A stretch of 32,000 nucleotides of DNA from positions 510,001 through 542,000 of the forward strand of contig CAWJMG010000003.1 in the NCBI GenBank assembly GCA_963843975.1, read 5' to 3'. The stretch comes from an uncultured Actinomycetes bacterium (GTDB lineage Bacteria; Actinomycetota; Actinomycetes; S36-B12; CAIYMF01). The notes under the pieces are model-generated. The model was not told the origin of the DNA. It did no database searches and saw only the letters and a list, made by a program, of their open reading frames with translations. Positions 22,643 to 32,000 of the stretch are shown here, piece after piece. Both the position numbers and the translations under genes were made by a program. Positions within the stretch are counted from its first letter, which is position 1. Every line of letters starts with the position of its first letter.

Positions 22643-22731
22643 TCGTGCGTCCGAGCGTCCGTTCACCCGCGCTGACCTGTCGGTATGGGCGGTTCCGACG
22701 TACGGTCGGCGGAACGCCTGGGAGGGACGCC

Positions 22732-23994
22732 ATGACGCGCACCGCACGCACGCTCACGGTCCTGGCCGCGACCGCGGCCACCGCCGCCGCACTGCTCGCC
22801 GCGCCGGGGGCGCAGGCCGCTCCGGCGCCCGAACCGTCCGCGGCCGCGCCGTCGGCCGTCGTAGCGCCGAGGGTCGTAGCGCCGACGGCCGTCGTGCCGG
22901 CGCGCAACCTGCGTGTCCGCACTGCGCTGTCGGTGTCGGGCTTCGTCAGCCCCGTGCTGGTCACGTCGGCCAACGACAACGTGAACCGGCTCTACGTCGT
23001 GGAGAAGGCGGGCCGCATCCGCACCGTGAGCGGCGGGAAGATCACGGGCACGTACCTCGACATCCGCACGATCGTCAGCGACGCCGGCGAGCAGGGCCTG
23101 CTCGGGCTGGCGTTCGCCCCCGACTTCGCCACCTCGCGCCTCTTCTGGGTCACGTACACGAACGCGAGCGGCGCGCTCGTGCTCGCGCGGTTCCAAGCGG
23201 CGACGCCGGCGGCGCGCAGCGTCAGCTCGGCCACGCGTCGCACGGTGCTGACCGTGCCGCACCCGACGTACCAGAACCACAACGGCGGCAACATCGCCTT
23301 CGGCCCCGACGGCAAGCTCTACCTCGGCACGGGCGACGGCGGCGGTGGTGGCGACCCGTTCGCCAACGGCCAGAACCTCGGCTCGCTCTCGGGCAAGATC
23401 CTGCGCATCGACGTCCGCTGCGGCAGCGCCTACTACTGCCGCCCGTCCGACAACCCCTACGCCCGCTCCTCCAACCGCAACGCGCAGCTCGTGTGGATGC
23501 GCGGCGTGCGCAACCCGTGGCGCTGGTCGTTCGACACCAACGGCGTGATCTGGGTCGGTGACGTCGGCCAGGACAAGTACGAGGAGGTCACGTACCTTCC
23601 GCGCAACCTGCAGAAGGGCGCCAACCTCGGCTGGTCCTGCTGGGAGGCGCGCACGCGGTTCAACACGGCGCGCTGCTCGTCGTCGGCGACGTACCGCCTC
23701 CCGCAGATCGTCGTCTGCCACCCGAGCCTGGCGGGCAACTGCCCGGCCGGCCGGACCGGCGAGTCGATGACCGGCGGCTTCGTCTACCGCGGCTCGGCCC
23801 ACCCGGGTGCGCGCGGCACCTACGTCTTCGCGGACTTCATCACCGGCAAGATGTGGGGCTACCGCGCCGGCGACGGCTGGACGCCGGCGCACGCCCTCGG
23901 CCAGGTCACCGGCTTCGGCCTCTCAGACTCGCGCGAGATCTACGCGGTCACGTACGGCGGCGGCCTCTACAAGGTGGGCTTCGCCGCGGCCTGA
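22732..23994 (+). CDS. Secreted PQQ-dependent sugar dehydrogenase (sorbosone/glucose dehydrogenase family)
   Basis: GGAGG upstream of ATG 22732. Signal peptide ends APGAQA. Motifs GEQGLLGLAF.PDF, HNGG.I.FGPDG.LY...GDGG, GKILRID, RNPWR.SFD and GDVGQ...EE. Confidence 0.88.
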   Translation: MTRTARTLTVLAATAATAAALLAAPGAQAAPAPEPSAAAPSAVVAPRVVAPTAVVPARNLRVRTALSVSGFVSPVLVTSANDNVNRLYVVEKAGRIRTVSGGKITGTYLDIRTIVSDAGEQGLLGLAFAPDFATSRLFWVTYTNASGALVLARFQAATPAARSVSSATRRTVLTVPHPTYQNHNGGNIAFGPDGKLYLGTGDGGGGGDPFANGQNLGSLSGKILRIDVRCGSAYYCRPSDNPYARSSNRNAQLVWMRGVRNPWRWSFDTNGVIWVGDVGQDKYEEVTYLPRNLQKGANLGWSCWEARTRFNTARCSSSATYRLPQIVVCHPSLAGNCPAGRTGESMTGGFVYRGSAHPGARGTYVFADFITGKMWGYRAGDGWTPAHALGQVTGFGLSDSREIYAVTYGGGLYKVGFAAA

Positions 23995-24169
23995 GCGCTG
24001 CTGCTCCGGTCTGTTCACCGGCTCGTCGCCGTACCTCGGGCTATCACGGGCGCGTCGTCGTCCGTGCCGACGCTAGGCTGACGCGCGCCAGAGCCCGACG
24101 CCTCGTACCCGTCGGGTCCCCACGGTCAGGTCCCTCGTCACGGCCCGACCACCAGCAGTTGGAGACGCA

Positions 24170-26173
24170 GTGCCCCAGATCACCGTTCGCGACCTGTCCG
24201 GCGACGACGAGGTCCGCGAGGTGCCCGAGGGCACCACCGCCGGCGAGGTCTACACCGACCGCGCGGTCGTGGTCGCCCGCGTCGACGGCGAGCTGAAGGA
24301 CCTCTCGTACATCGTGTCCGGCGGCGAGCTCCTCGAGCCCGTAGCCGTCGACTCCGAGGACGGGCGCGCGGTTCTGCGGCACTCGACCGCCCACGTGCTC
24401 GCGCAGGCCGTGCAGCAGATGTTCCCCGAGGCCAAGCTCGGCATCGGCCCGCCTATCCGCGACGGCTTCTACTACGACTTCGACGTCGCGCGTCCGTTCA
24501 CCCCTGAGGATCTCGCGGCGCTCGAGAAGCGCATGCAGGAGATCATCAAGAGCGGCCAGCGCTTCCACCGTCGCGTCGTCACCGAGGACGAGGCGCGCGC
24601 CGAGCTGGCGCACGAGCCGTTCAAGCTCGAGCTCATCGGCCTCAAGGGCGGCAGTGCCGACGACATGGGTGACGTCATGGAGGTCGGCGGCACCGAGCTG
24701 ACCATCTACGACAACCTCGACGGCAAGACCGGGCAGCGGACGTGGTGCGACCTCTGCCGCGGCCCGCACGTGCCGACCACCCGTGTGATCCCGGCGTTCA
24801 AGCTGATGCGCTCGGCGGCGGCGTACTGGCGCGGGTCGGAGAAGAACCCGACCCTGCAGCGCATCTACGGCACCGCGTGGGAGAGCCGCGACGCGCTCAA
24901 GGCGCACCTCGCGTTCCTCGAGGAGGCCGAGCGCCGCGACCACCGACGCCTCGGCACGGAGCTCGACCTGTTCAGCTTCCCGGACGAGATCGGCTCCGGC
25001 CTCGCGGTGTTCCACCCCAAGGGCGGCGTCATCCGGCGCGAGATGGAGCACTACTCGCGCCTGCGCCACGAGCAGGCGGGCTACGAGTTCGTCAACACCC
25101 CGCACCTGACCAAGGGTCAGCTGTACGAGATCTCGGGCCACCTCGACTGGTACGCCGAGGGCATGTACCCGCCCATGGAGCTCGACGCCGAGTACGGCGC
25201 GGACGGCGAGCTCAAGCGGGCCGGGCAGAAGTACTACATGAAGCCCATGAACTGCCCCATGCACAACCTCATCTTCGACGCGCGCGGCCGGTCGTACCGC
25301 GAGCTGCCCCTGCGGCTGTTCGAGTTCGGCACCGTGTACCGCTACGAGAAGTCCGGCGTCGTGCACGGCCTCACCCGTGCCCGCGGCTTCACCCAGGACG
25401 ACGCGCACATCTACTGCACCCCCGAGCAGATGGCGGACGAGCTCGACTCGCTGCTCACCTTCGTGCTGGACCTCCTGCGCGACTACGGCCTCGACGACTT
25501 CTACCTCGAGCTGTCGACGAAGGACCCGGTCAAGTTCGTCGGCACCGACGACGTGTGGGAGAAGGCGACCGAGACCCTGCGCGAGGCGGCCGAGCGTCAG
25601 AACCTCGAGCTGGTCCTCGACCCGGGCGGCGCGGCCTTCTACGGCCCGAAGATCTCGGTGCAGGCGCGCGACGCGATCGGTCGCACCTGGCAGATGTCGA
25701 CCATCCAGGTCGACTTCAACCTGCCCGAGCGGTTCGGCCTCGAGTACACCGCGGCCGACGGCTCGCGCCAGCGGCCGGTGATGATCCACCGAGCGCTGTT
25801 CGGCTCCATCGAGCGCTTCTTCGCCGTACTGCTCGAGCACTACGCGGGTGCGTTCCCGGCGTGGCTCGCACCCGTGCAGGCGGTCGGAATCCCGATCACC
25901 GACGGGCACGTCGACTACCTGCAGGGCGTCGCGGCGCAGCTGCGGGCGCAGGGGATCCGCATCGAGGTCGACACGAGCGACGACCGCATGCAGAAGAAGA
26001 TCCGCAACGCGCAGAAGCAGAAGGTGCCGTACATGCTCATCGCCGGCGACGAGGACGTCGCCGCGGGTGCGGTGTCGTTCCGCTACCGCGACGGGTCGCA
26101 GAAGAACGGCGTGCCGGTCGCCGATGCCATCGCCGAGATCCTCGACGCCGTCCAGCGTCGCGTGCAGGTGTGA
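24170..26173 (+). CDS. thrS: Threonine--tRNA ligase
   Basis: 667 aa with a TGS domain at the N-terminus, an editing domain ([11 protein letters not shown]), class II core motifs (FRRE-like [17 protein letters not shown]...) and an anticodon-binding domain. Confidence 0.97.
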   Translation: MPQITVRDLSGDDEVREVPEGTTAGEVYTDRAVVVARVDGELKDLSYIVSGGELLEPVAVDSEDGRAVLRHSTAHVLAQAVQQMFPEAKLGIGPPIRDGFYYDFDVARPFTPEDLAALEKRMQEIIKSGQRFHRRVVTEDEARAELAHEPFKLELIGLKGGSADDMGDVMEVGGTELTIYDNLDGKTGQRTWCDLCRGPHVPTTRVIPAFKLMRSAAAYWRGSEKNPTLQRIYGTAWESRDALKAHLAFLEEAERRDHRRLGTELDLFSFPDEIGSGLAVFHPKGGVIRREMEHYSRLRHEQAGYEFVNTPHLTKGQLYEISGHLDWYAEGMYPPMELDAEYGADGELKRAGQKYYMKPMNCPMHNLIFDARGRSYRELPLRLFEFGTVYRYEKSGVVHGLTRARGFTQDDAHIYCTPEQMADELDSLLTFVLDLLRDYGLDDFYLELSTKDPVKFVGTDDVWEKATETLREAAERQNLELVLDPGGAAFYGPKISVQARDAIGRTWQMSTIQVDFNLPERFGLEYTAADGSRQRPVMIHRALFGSIERFFAVLLEHYAGAFPAWLAPVQAVGIPITDGHVDYLQGVAAQLRAQGIRIEVDTSDDRMQKKIRNAQKQKVPYMLIAGDEDVAAGAVSFRYRDGSQKNGVPVADAIAEILDAVQRRVQV

Positions 26174-26178
26174 CGGCC

Positions 26179-26709
26179 ATGGACGGCTCGGCGGGCCTTC
26201 CTCCCGGCAGCGACGGCTGGGAGCGGCTCTGGACGCCGCACCGCATGGCGTACATCAAGGGCGAGAACAAGCCCACGCACACCGACGCGGGCGACGAGTG
26301 CGCGTTCTGCCGCGCGCCGGGGATCGACGGCGAGGAGAGCCTCATCGTCGCGCGCGGCGAGCACGTGTTCGCCGTGCTCAACCTCTACCCGTACAACGCC
26401 GGCCACACGATGGTGTGCCCGTACCGCCACGTGGCGGACTACACCGACCTCACCGACGACGAGGTCGTGGAGCTGGCGGCGTACACGCAGCGCACGATGC
26501 GGGCGCTGCGCGCGGTGTCGGGGGCGCAGGGGTTCAACATCGGCATGAACCAGGGCCACGTCGCGGGCGCCGGCATCGCGGGTCACCTGCACCAGCACGT
26601 GGTGCCCCGCTGGGGCGGCGACACCAACTTCATGCCGGTCATCGGCCACACCAAGACCATGCCCCAGCTCCTCGAGGCCACCAGGGACCTCCTCCTCGAA
26701 GCCTGGTAG
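26179..26709 (+). CDS. HIT family protein (Ap4A phosphorylase-like, Rv2613c-type position)
   Basis: Histidine triad GHLHQHVVPRW and the pattern CAFC....... A GTG at 26170 overlapping the thrS stop is an alternative start. Confidence 0.9.
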   Translation: MDGSAGLPPGSDGWERLWTPHRMAYIKGENKPTHTDAGDECAFCRAPGIDGEESLIVARGEHVFAVLNLYPYNAGHTMVCPYRHVADYTDLTDDEVVELAAYTQRTMRALRAVSGAQGFNIGMNQGHVAGAGIAGHLHQHVVPRWGGDTNFMPVIGHTKTMPQLLEATRDLLLEAW

Positions 26710-26751
26710 CCCGACCGCCGACCAAGATCACGACCAAGAAGTGGTCACAAG

Positions 26752-26810
26752 AACGCCCCTTAAGGGCACTTCGTGTCCCTCAGGGTCAACACGTGCCCTT
26801 GAGGGGCGTT
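26752..26810. terminator. Long hairpin (18-bp arms, one G-U pair, 23-nt structured loop) after the thrS-HIT unit
   Basis: AACGCCCCTTAAGGGCAC ... GTGCCCTTGAGGGGCGTT. No U-tract. It is preceded by the direct repeat CGACCAAGA twice. Confidence 0.5.
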
Positions 26811-26870
26811 GTGGCGTCCGCAACTGCTGGTCGGGGTGCCGTGGCGGCGCGGTCGGGGGAGGATCGACCC

Positions 26871-27299
26871 ATGACGGCTACCTCGCTCCGGACCGGGGCG
26901 CTGCTGGTGTTCGACGGCGACTGCGGGTTCTGCACGACCTCGATCCGGTGGTTCGAGCGGCGCTTCCCGGACTCGTTCGCGACGACGCCGTACCAGTTCA
27001 CCGATCTCGAGCCTCTCGGCCTCACCGAGCGCGAGTGCACCGACAAGGTCCAGTGGATCGAGGACGTCGCCGCACCGCGCACCACGCGCTCGGAGGGCGC
27101 CCGCGCCGTCGCGGCGATGGTGCGCCATGGCGGCCGCAGCATCGGCGGGTACGCCGGTGCGCTGTGGCAGGCCGCGGGCACGGTCGCCGACGTCGTGCCG
27201 GTGTCGCTCCTCGCCGACGTCGTCTACGCCGCCGTCGCAGCGAACCGCCAGCGACTGCCCGGCGGGACGCCGGCGTGCGCCATGCCCCGCGCGTCCTGA
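26871..27299 (+). CDS. DCC-family thiol-disulfide oxidoreductase (DUF393)
   Basis: Signature LLVFDGDCGFCTTSIRW near the N-terminus. GGAGG upstream of the ATG. 142 aa. Confidence 0.85.
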   Translation: MTATSLRTGALLVFDGDCGFCTTSIRWFERRFPDSFATTPYQFTDLEPLGLTERECTDKVQWIEDVAAPRTTRSEGARAVAAMVRHGGRSIGGYAGALWQAAGTVADVVPVSLLADVVYAAVAANRQRLPGGTPACAMPRAS

Positions 27300-27310
27300 G
27301 CGAGCAGACG

Positions 27311-27346
27311 GCAGGGCCCGGACCGCTCGCGCGGCCCGGGCCCTGC
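27311..27346. terminator. Bidirectional hairpin between convergent DCC and EF-G-like genes
   Basis: GCAGGGCCCGG-a-CCGC-tcgc-GCGG-c-CCGGGCCCTGC, giving an 11-bp outer stem and a 4-bp inner stem. Confidence 0.65.
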
Positions 27347-27374
27347 TGCTATCCCCGTCGTGGACGGCCCCGCG

Positions 27375-29526
27375 TCAGTGCGCGGCCGACTCCTCCTGGA
27401 CCTTCTTGGCGATCTGCGGCGGCATGGCCTCGTGGCCGATGTAGGTCCGCGTGAACGTCGCGGTGCCGTGCGACAGCGAGCGCAGCTCGACGGCGTACCT
27501 CGTGAGCTCGAGCTGCGGCACCTCCGCCGTGATGGCCGAGCGACCGCTGCCGACGGGCTCGTTGCCCGCCACGCGGCCGCGGCGGCCGGAGAGGTCGCCC
27601 ATCACGGCTCCGACGTACTCGTCGGCGACCAGCACCTTGATGCGGTCGACCGGCTCGAGCAGCGAGACCGAGGCGCGCGCCGCGGCCTCCTTGAGCGCGA
27701 GCGAGCCCGCCTGCTGGAACGCCATGTCGGACGAGTCCACCGAGTGCGCCTTGCCGTCGACGAGCGTCACGCGGATGTCGATGACGGGGTAGCCCGCGGC
27801 CACGCCCTTCTCCATCTGCGCGCGCACGCCCTTCTCCACGCTCGGGATGAACTGGCGCGGTACGGAGCCGCCCACGACCTTGTCGACGAACTCGAAGCCC
27901 GAGCCCTGGGGGAGCGGCTCGACCTCGATGTCGCAGACGGCGAACTGCCCGTGGCCGCCGGACTGCTTGACCAGGCGTCCGTGCCCCTTGCCCGGGGAGG
28001 CGAACGTCTCGCGAAGCGACACCCGCAGCGGCACCGAGTCGACGGCCACGCCGTAGCGGTTGCGGAGGCGGTCGAGGAGCACGTCGACGTGCGCCTCGCC
28101 CATGCACCACAGGACGAGCTGGTTCGTCTCGGGGTTGCGCTCGAGGCGCATCGTCGGGTCCTCGGCCACGAGACGGCCGAGGCCCTGCGCGAGCTTGTCG
28201 TCGTCGGCCTTGGAGTGCGCCACGATCGCGACGGGCAGGAGCGGATCGGGCATGACCCACGGCTCGATCAGCAGCGGGCTCTCCTTGTCCGACAGCGTGT
28301 CCCCGGTCTCGGCGCGCCCGAGCTTGGCGACGGCGACGATGTCGCCGGCGACCGCGTGCGTCACCGTGCGCTGGGTCTTGCCGAGGGGGCTCGACAGCGA
28401 GCCGACCCGCTCGTCCACGTCGTGGTCCTCGTGGCCTCGCTCGGGCGCGAAGTGGCCGGACACGTGCACGACGGCGTCCGGACGCAGCGTGCCGCTGAAG
28501 ATGCGCACCAGCGAGATGCGGCCGACGTACGGGTCCGTCGTGGTCTTCACGACCTCGGCGCACAGCGGGCCGTCGACATCGCAGGCGAGAGGCTCGCGAG
28601 GCGTGCCGTCCGGAGCCGCCGCCGACGGGAGGGGGTGCTCCAGGGGTGACGGGAAGCCGCGCACCATGAGCTCGATGCAGCTCGGCCGTCCCGAACCCGA
28701 CGGGGGACGTCGCTGAGCCCAGCACGGGGTAGAACGAGCCACGGGCCACCGCGGTCTCGAGGTCGGCGATCAGCGTGTCGACGTCGATCTCCTCGCCGCC
28801 GAGGTAGCGGTCCATGAGGGTCTCGTCCTCGGACTCGGCGATGATCCCCTCGATCAGGTTGCCGCGTGCGGACTCGATCAGCGGCAGGTGCTCGGGGTCG
28901 GGGTCCTTCTCCACGCGCGTTCCGGAGGAGTAGTCGAAGACCTGCTGCGAGAGCAGCCCGATGAACCCGGCAGCGGTGCCGTTGTCGGCAGCCATGGGCA
29001 GGTACAGCGGCAGGACGCCCTCGCCGAACACGCGCTGGCAGATCGCCACGACGTCGTCGAAGTCGGCGCGCTCCTTGTCGAGCTTGGTGATGACGACGGC
29101 GCGCGGCATGCCGACGGCGGCGCACTCCTCCCACAGCAGCTGCGTGGATCCGTCGACACCGTCGACGGCGGAGATCACGAAGAGGGCTGCGTCCGCGGCC
29201 CGCAGGCCGGCGCGCAGATCGCCCACGAAGTCGGCGTACCCGGGTGTGTCGACGAGGTTGACCTTGACGTCGCCGAGCTGGAGAGGGGCGAGCGCCAGTC
29301 CCACGGAGCGCTGCTGCCGGAGCTCGGCCTCGTCGAAGTCCGAGACCGTGGAGCCTTCCTCGACACGGCCTGCTCGCGGGATCGTCCCCGCGGCGACGAG
29401 CAGCTGCTCGACGAGCGTTGTCTTGCCCGATCCGGACGGGCCGACCAGGACCACGTTGCGGATGTCGCCAGGTCGGTCGGCCTCGGGTGCTCTCCCGGCG
29501 GCTCCTGGGGTGTTCTTGTCGGCCAT
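27375..29526 (-). pseudogene. fusA2: EF-G paralog (EF-G2 / FusA2-like GTPase) interrupted by an apparent 1-nt insertion near 28677
   Basis: The N-terminal frame (MADKNT...VVLVGPSGSGKTTL...DTPGYADF...TKLD...FYPVLGSATSPVGFGTAEL) continues in another frame as IELMVRGFPSPLEHP...domains II-V...ESAAH. Total span is 2152 nt, which is 717 codons plus 1 nt. GGAGG lies 8 nt upstream of the ATG. Confidence 0.85.
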
Positions 29527-29659
29527 CTCGATCGCCTCCAGCGTCGTTGCGGTGGCTCCTGCCGCGCTGGGGGCGCGGCACTGGCTCACACCCTTCTCCT
29601 GCGACCCCCGCGAGGCAACCGATTCCCGCCATGCGCAGGCCGTTACTCTCGTCACCGTC

Positions 29660-30283
29660 ATGCTGAACAACGCCGCCGCCCGCAAGGCCGTCTCCGGAAT
29701 CGTCGACCCCGTCGCCCGGGGCCTGCTCCGGCTCGGCCTGTCCCCGGACGCCGTGACCCTCATCGGCACGGTCGCCACCTGCGCCGCCGCGCTGTGGTTC
29801 TTCCCACGTCAGCAGTGGGTGGCGGGCACCCTCGTGATCACGGCGTTCGTGGTCGCCGACCTGCTCGACGGGACGATGGCCCGGATGTCCGGGCGCAGCG
29901 GGCCCTGGGGGGCGTTCCTCGACTCCACCCTCGACCGCGTGGCCGACGGCGCGATCTTCGGCGGTGTCGTGCTCGGCCTCGCCCTCTCGGGCGACTCCGT
30001 CTCCGCGGCCGCCTGCCTCCTCGCCCTCGTGGGTGGCGGCGTCGTGTCGTACGCCAAGGCGCGGGCCGAGAGCATCGGCGTCGAGTGCAACGTCGGCATC
30101 GCCGAGCGCGCCGAGCGCGTGATCCTCCTGCTCGTCGCGACGTTCCTCACCGGCCTCGGCGTCCCCTTCGTGCTGCCCGTCGCCGTCTGGATCCTCGTCG
30201 TGCTCACCTGGATCACCGTCGGTCAGCGGATCCTGCACGTGCGCCGCCAGCTGCGCACGGCCCCGACGGCGGACGCCGCATGA
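29660..30283 (+). CDS. pgsA1: CDP-alcohol phosphatidyltransferase, phosphatidylinositol phosphate synthase type
   Basis: Motif DLLDGTMARMSGRSGPWGAFLDSTLDRVAD (D..DG..AR...G...D...D). It sits directly upstream of patA-pimA, as in mycobacteria. Confidence 0.92.
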   Translation: MLNNAAARKAVSGIVDPVARGLLRLGLSPDAVTLIGTVATCAAALWFFPRQQWVAGTLVITAFVVADLLDGTMARMSGRSGPWGAFLDSTLDRVADGAIFGGVVLGLALSGDSVSAAACLLALVGGGVVSYAKARAESIGVECNVGIAERAERVILLLVATFLTGLGVPFVLPVAVWILVVLTWITVGQRILHVRRQLRTAPTADAA

Positions 30284-31203
30284 GCGCGCTCGTCGACCAG
30301 ATCACCACGCTCGGCTTCGGCGCCGGGTGGTCGGTCGTCAAGCGGATGCCCGACCGGACGGCGTACGCCACCTTCGAGCGGCTCGCCGACACCTCCTGGG
30401 CCCGGCGCGGACCGTCGGTGCGGCGGCTCGAGTCCAACATCCGCCGCATCGTCGGCCCGGACGTCACCGAGGAGGAGCTCCGAGTCCTGTCCAAGCAGGC
30501 GATGCGGTCCTACCTCCGCTACTGGTGCGACGCGTTCCGCCTGCCGGGCTGGAGCCACGAGCGGATCGTCGAGTCCATCGGGATCATCGACGACCACCAC
30601 CTTGCCGAGGGCCTCGCCACCGGTCGCGGCGTCGTCGTGGCGCTGCCGCACATGGGCAACTGGGACCACGCGGGAGCCTGGGCCACGCTCAAGCACTCGC
30701 ACGTCGTCACCGTCGCCGAGCGGCTCAAGCCCGAGGACCTGTACGAGAAGTTCCTCGCCTTCCGCCGCGGTCTCGGGATGGACGTCATCCCGCTCACGGG
30801 CGGCGAGCCCGTGTTCCCCTACCTCGCCGACCGTCTGCGCGAGGGCAACCTCGTCGCGCTGCTGGGTGACCGCGACCTGTCGAACTCCGGCGTCCCCGTT
30901 CAGTTCTTCGGCGCGAAGGCCAAGATGCCGGCCGGTCCGGCGGCCCTCGCCGTCGACACCGGCGCTGTGCTCATCACGGCCTCGCTGTACCTCGAGGACG
31001 GCCGCAACTGGGTGCGCTTCCAGCCTCCGGTGCAGGTGCCCGAGGAGGGCGAGCGCTCGCGCCGCATCTTCCGCGCGACCCAGCTCGTGGCCGACAACTT
31101 CGAGGACAGCATCCGCGCCCGCCCGACCGACTGGCACATGATGCAGCGCCTCTGGGTCGACGACCTCGACCCCTCGAAGGCACCGAAGGCGTCCGGCGCA
31201 TGA
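30280..31203 (+). CDS. patA: Phosphatidylinositol mannoside acyltransferase (HtrB/LpxL-like, PatA type)
   Basis: Lipid A-biosynthesis-acyltransferase-like HMGNWD motif. ATGA overlap with pgsA1 and with pimA. Confidence 0.88.
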   Translation: MSALVDQITTLGFGAGWSVVKRMPDRTAYATFERLADTSWARRGPSVRRLESNIRRIVGPDVTEEELRVLSKQAMRSYLRYWCDAFRLPGWSHERIVESIGIIDDHHLAEGLATGRGVVVALPHMGNWDHAGAWATLKHSHVVTVAERLKPEDLYEKFLAFRRGLGMDVIPLTGGEPVFPYLADRLREGNLVALLGDRDLSNSGVPVQFFGAKAKMPAGPAALAVDTGAVLITASLYLEDGRNWVRFQPPVQVPEEGERSRRIFRATQLVADNFEDSIRARPTDWHMMQRLWVDDLDPSKAPKASGA

Positions 31204-32000
31204 AGGTCGGCATCGTCTGCCCGTACGACTGGTCGGCGCCCGGCGGCGTGCAGGTGCACATCCGCGACCTCGCCGTGGCGCTGCAGCGGCTGGGCCACGA
31301 GGTCAGCGTGCTCGCCCCCGCGGAGGACGAGACCGACCTCCCGCCGTACGTCGTGTCCACGGGCGGGGCCGTGTCCGTGGCCTACAACGGGTCGCGGGCC
31401 AAGGTCGCCCTCGGGCCGATCTCGACGCGACGCGTGCGGCGGTGGATCCGCGAGGGGCAGTTCGACGTCCTGCACATCCACGAGCCGCTCGCCCCGAGCC
31501 TGTCGATCCTGTCCTGCTGGGCCGCGAAGGGCCCGATCGTCGCCACCTGGCACTCGTCGATGGCACGGTCGCGCATCCTCGCGGCCGGCTTCTCGATCGG
31601 GCAGACCGCCCTGGAGAAGGTCTCGGCCCGCATCGCGGTGAGCGAGGCTGCCCGGCAGACCCTCGTCGAGCACATGGGCGGCGACGCCGTGCTCATCCCG
31701 AACGGCGTCGACTGCTCGCTCTTCGGCGAGGGGGAGCCGCTCGACGGCTGGCCGGGGGAGGGCGGCGCGCTCTTCTTCATCGGCCGCATCGACGAGCCGC
31801 GCAAGGGCCTGCAGGTCCTGCTCGCCGCCATGCCCGAGATCATCGCCGCGCACCCCGGCGTGCGGCTGCTGGTCGCCGGCCCCGGCGACGTCGAGGAGAT
31901 CGAGGGCGACCTCCCGCCCGAGGTCGCGGAGCACGTGACGTTCCTCGGCCTCGTCAGCGAGGAGACCAAGGCCAGCGCGTTCCTCTCGGCCGACGTCTAC
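31200..32000 (+). CDS. pimA: GDP-mannose-dependent alpha-(1-2)-phosphatidylinositol mannosyltransferase PimA (3' end outside window)
   Basis: My own translation reads MKVGIVCPYDWSAPGGVQVHIRDLAVALQRLGHEVSVLAP...FIGRIDEPRKGL, a GT4 fold. It has no stop inside the window, so it is absent from the ORF track. ATGA overlap with patA. Confidence 0.9.
   Translation, partial: MKVGIVCPYDWSAPGGVQVHIRDLAVALQRLGHEVSVLAPAEDETDLPPYVVSTGGAVSVAYNGSRAKVALGPISTRRVRRWIREGQFDVLHIHEPLAPSLSILSCWAAKGPIVATWHSSMARSRILAAGFSIGQTALEKVSARIAVSEAARQTLVEHMGGDAVLIPNGVDCSLFGEGEPLDGWPGEGGALFFIGRIDEPRKGLQVLLAAMPEIIAAHPGVRLLVAGPGDVEEIEGDLPPEVAEHVTFLGLVSEETKASAFLSADVY

Noticed and set aside
22586-22645. Two consecutive C/G-rich hairpins after tRNA-Val(CAC), reminiscent of the actinobacterial 6C sRNA.
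   Set aside because: In 6C RNA the C-runs are unpaired in the loops. Here the C-runs pair with adjacent G-runs (GCCCC/GGGGC and CTCCCC/GGGGAG). These are more simply read as tRNA terminator structures.
28660-28690. Programmed ribosomal frameshift in the EF-G paralog.
   Set aside because: There is no slippery X-XXY-YYZ heptamer or homopolymer at the junction (gagctgcatcgag), and no obvious downstream pseudoknot. An indel, either a mutation or a sequencing error, is the simpler reading.

Overview
This is a very GC-rich (over 70% by eye) chromosomal segment that looks actinobacterial. The markers for that are ssgB, the PI-mannoside genes pgsA1-patA-pimA, a LigC/AEP primase-polymerase pair, and a Gly-Cys-Val tRNA cluster.

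I can support about 32 protein-coding genes, 4 tRNAs, several strong intrinsic-terminator-type hairpins and a few candidate regulatory sites. I saw no transposase, integrase, CRISPR array or recognisable defence or toxin-antitoxin module.

- **1-12 kb:** stress and repair housekeeping (MOSC, msrB, stand-alone LigD-type polymerase domain, ligC, PPK2, GlsB-like). It is interrupted by the only clearly accessory-looking block, 2.3-7.2 kb. That block holds a 1314-aa secreted Gly-rich protein with six DUF11-type repeats, two tiny membrane-peptide ORFs and a GNAT.
- **12-15.3 kb:** a same-strand NMO / cytochrome P450 / MOSC trio.
- **15.4-16.6 kb:** two small genes, each preceded by a copy of the same ~48-nt element. 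I regard this as the least explained signal in the window. A tRNA Gly-Cys-Val operon follows.
- **16.6-20.2 kb:** a four-gene set (ureohydrolase, short PabB, PabC, GNAT) joined by three GTGA start/stop overlaps.
- **20.5-32 kb:** conserved core genes (kynA, ssgB, tRNA-Val, PQQ sugar dehydrogenase, thrS-HIT...pgsA1-patA-pimA). It also contains an EF-G paralog that is split by an apparent 1-nt insertion.

Limits: all family calls rest on motif recognition in the supplied translations, with no database search. Hand-counted coordinates of hairpins, repeats and small ORFs may be off by 1-2 nt. The many long Arg/Pro/Ala-rich ORFs antisense to good genes are treated as GC-driven shadow ORFs.
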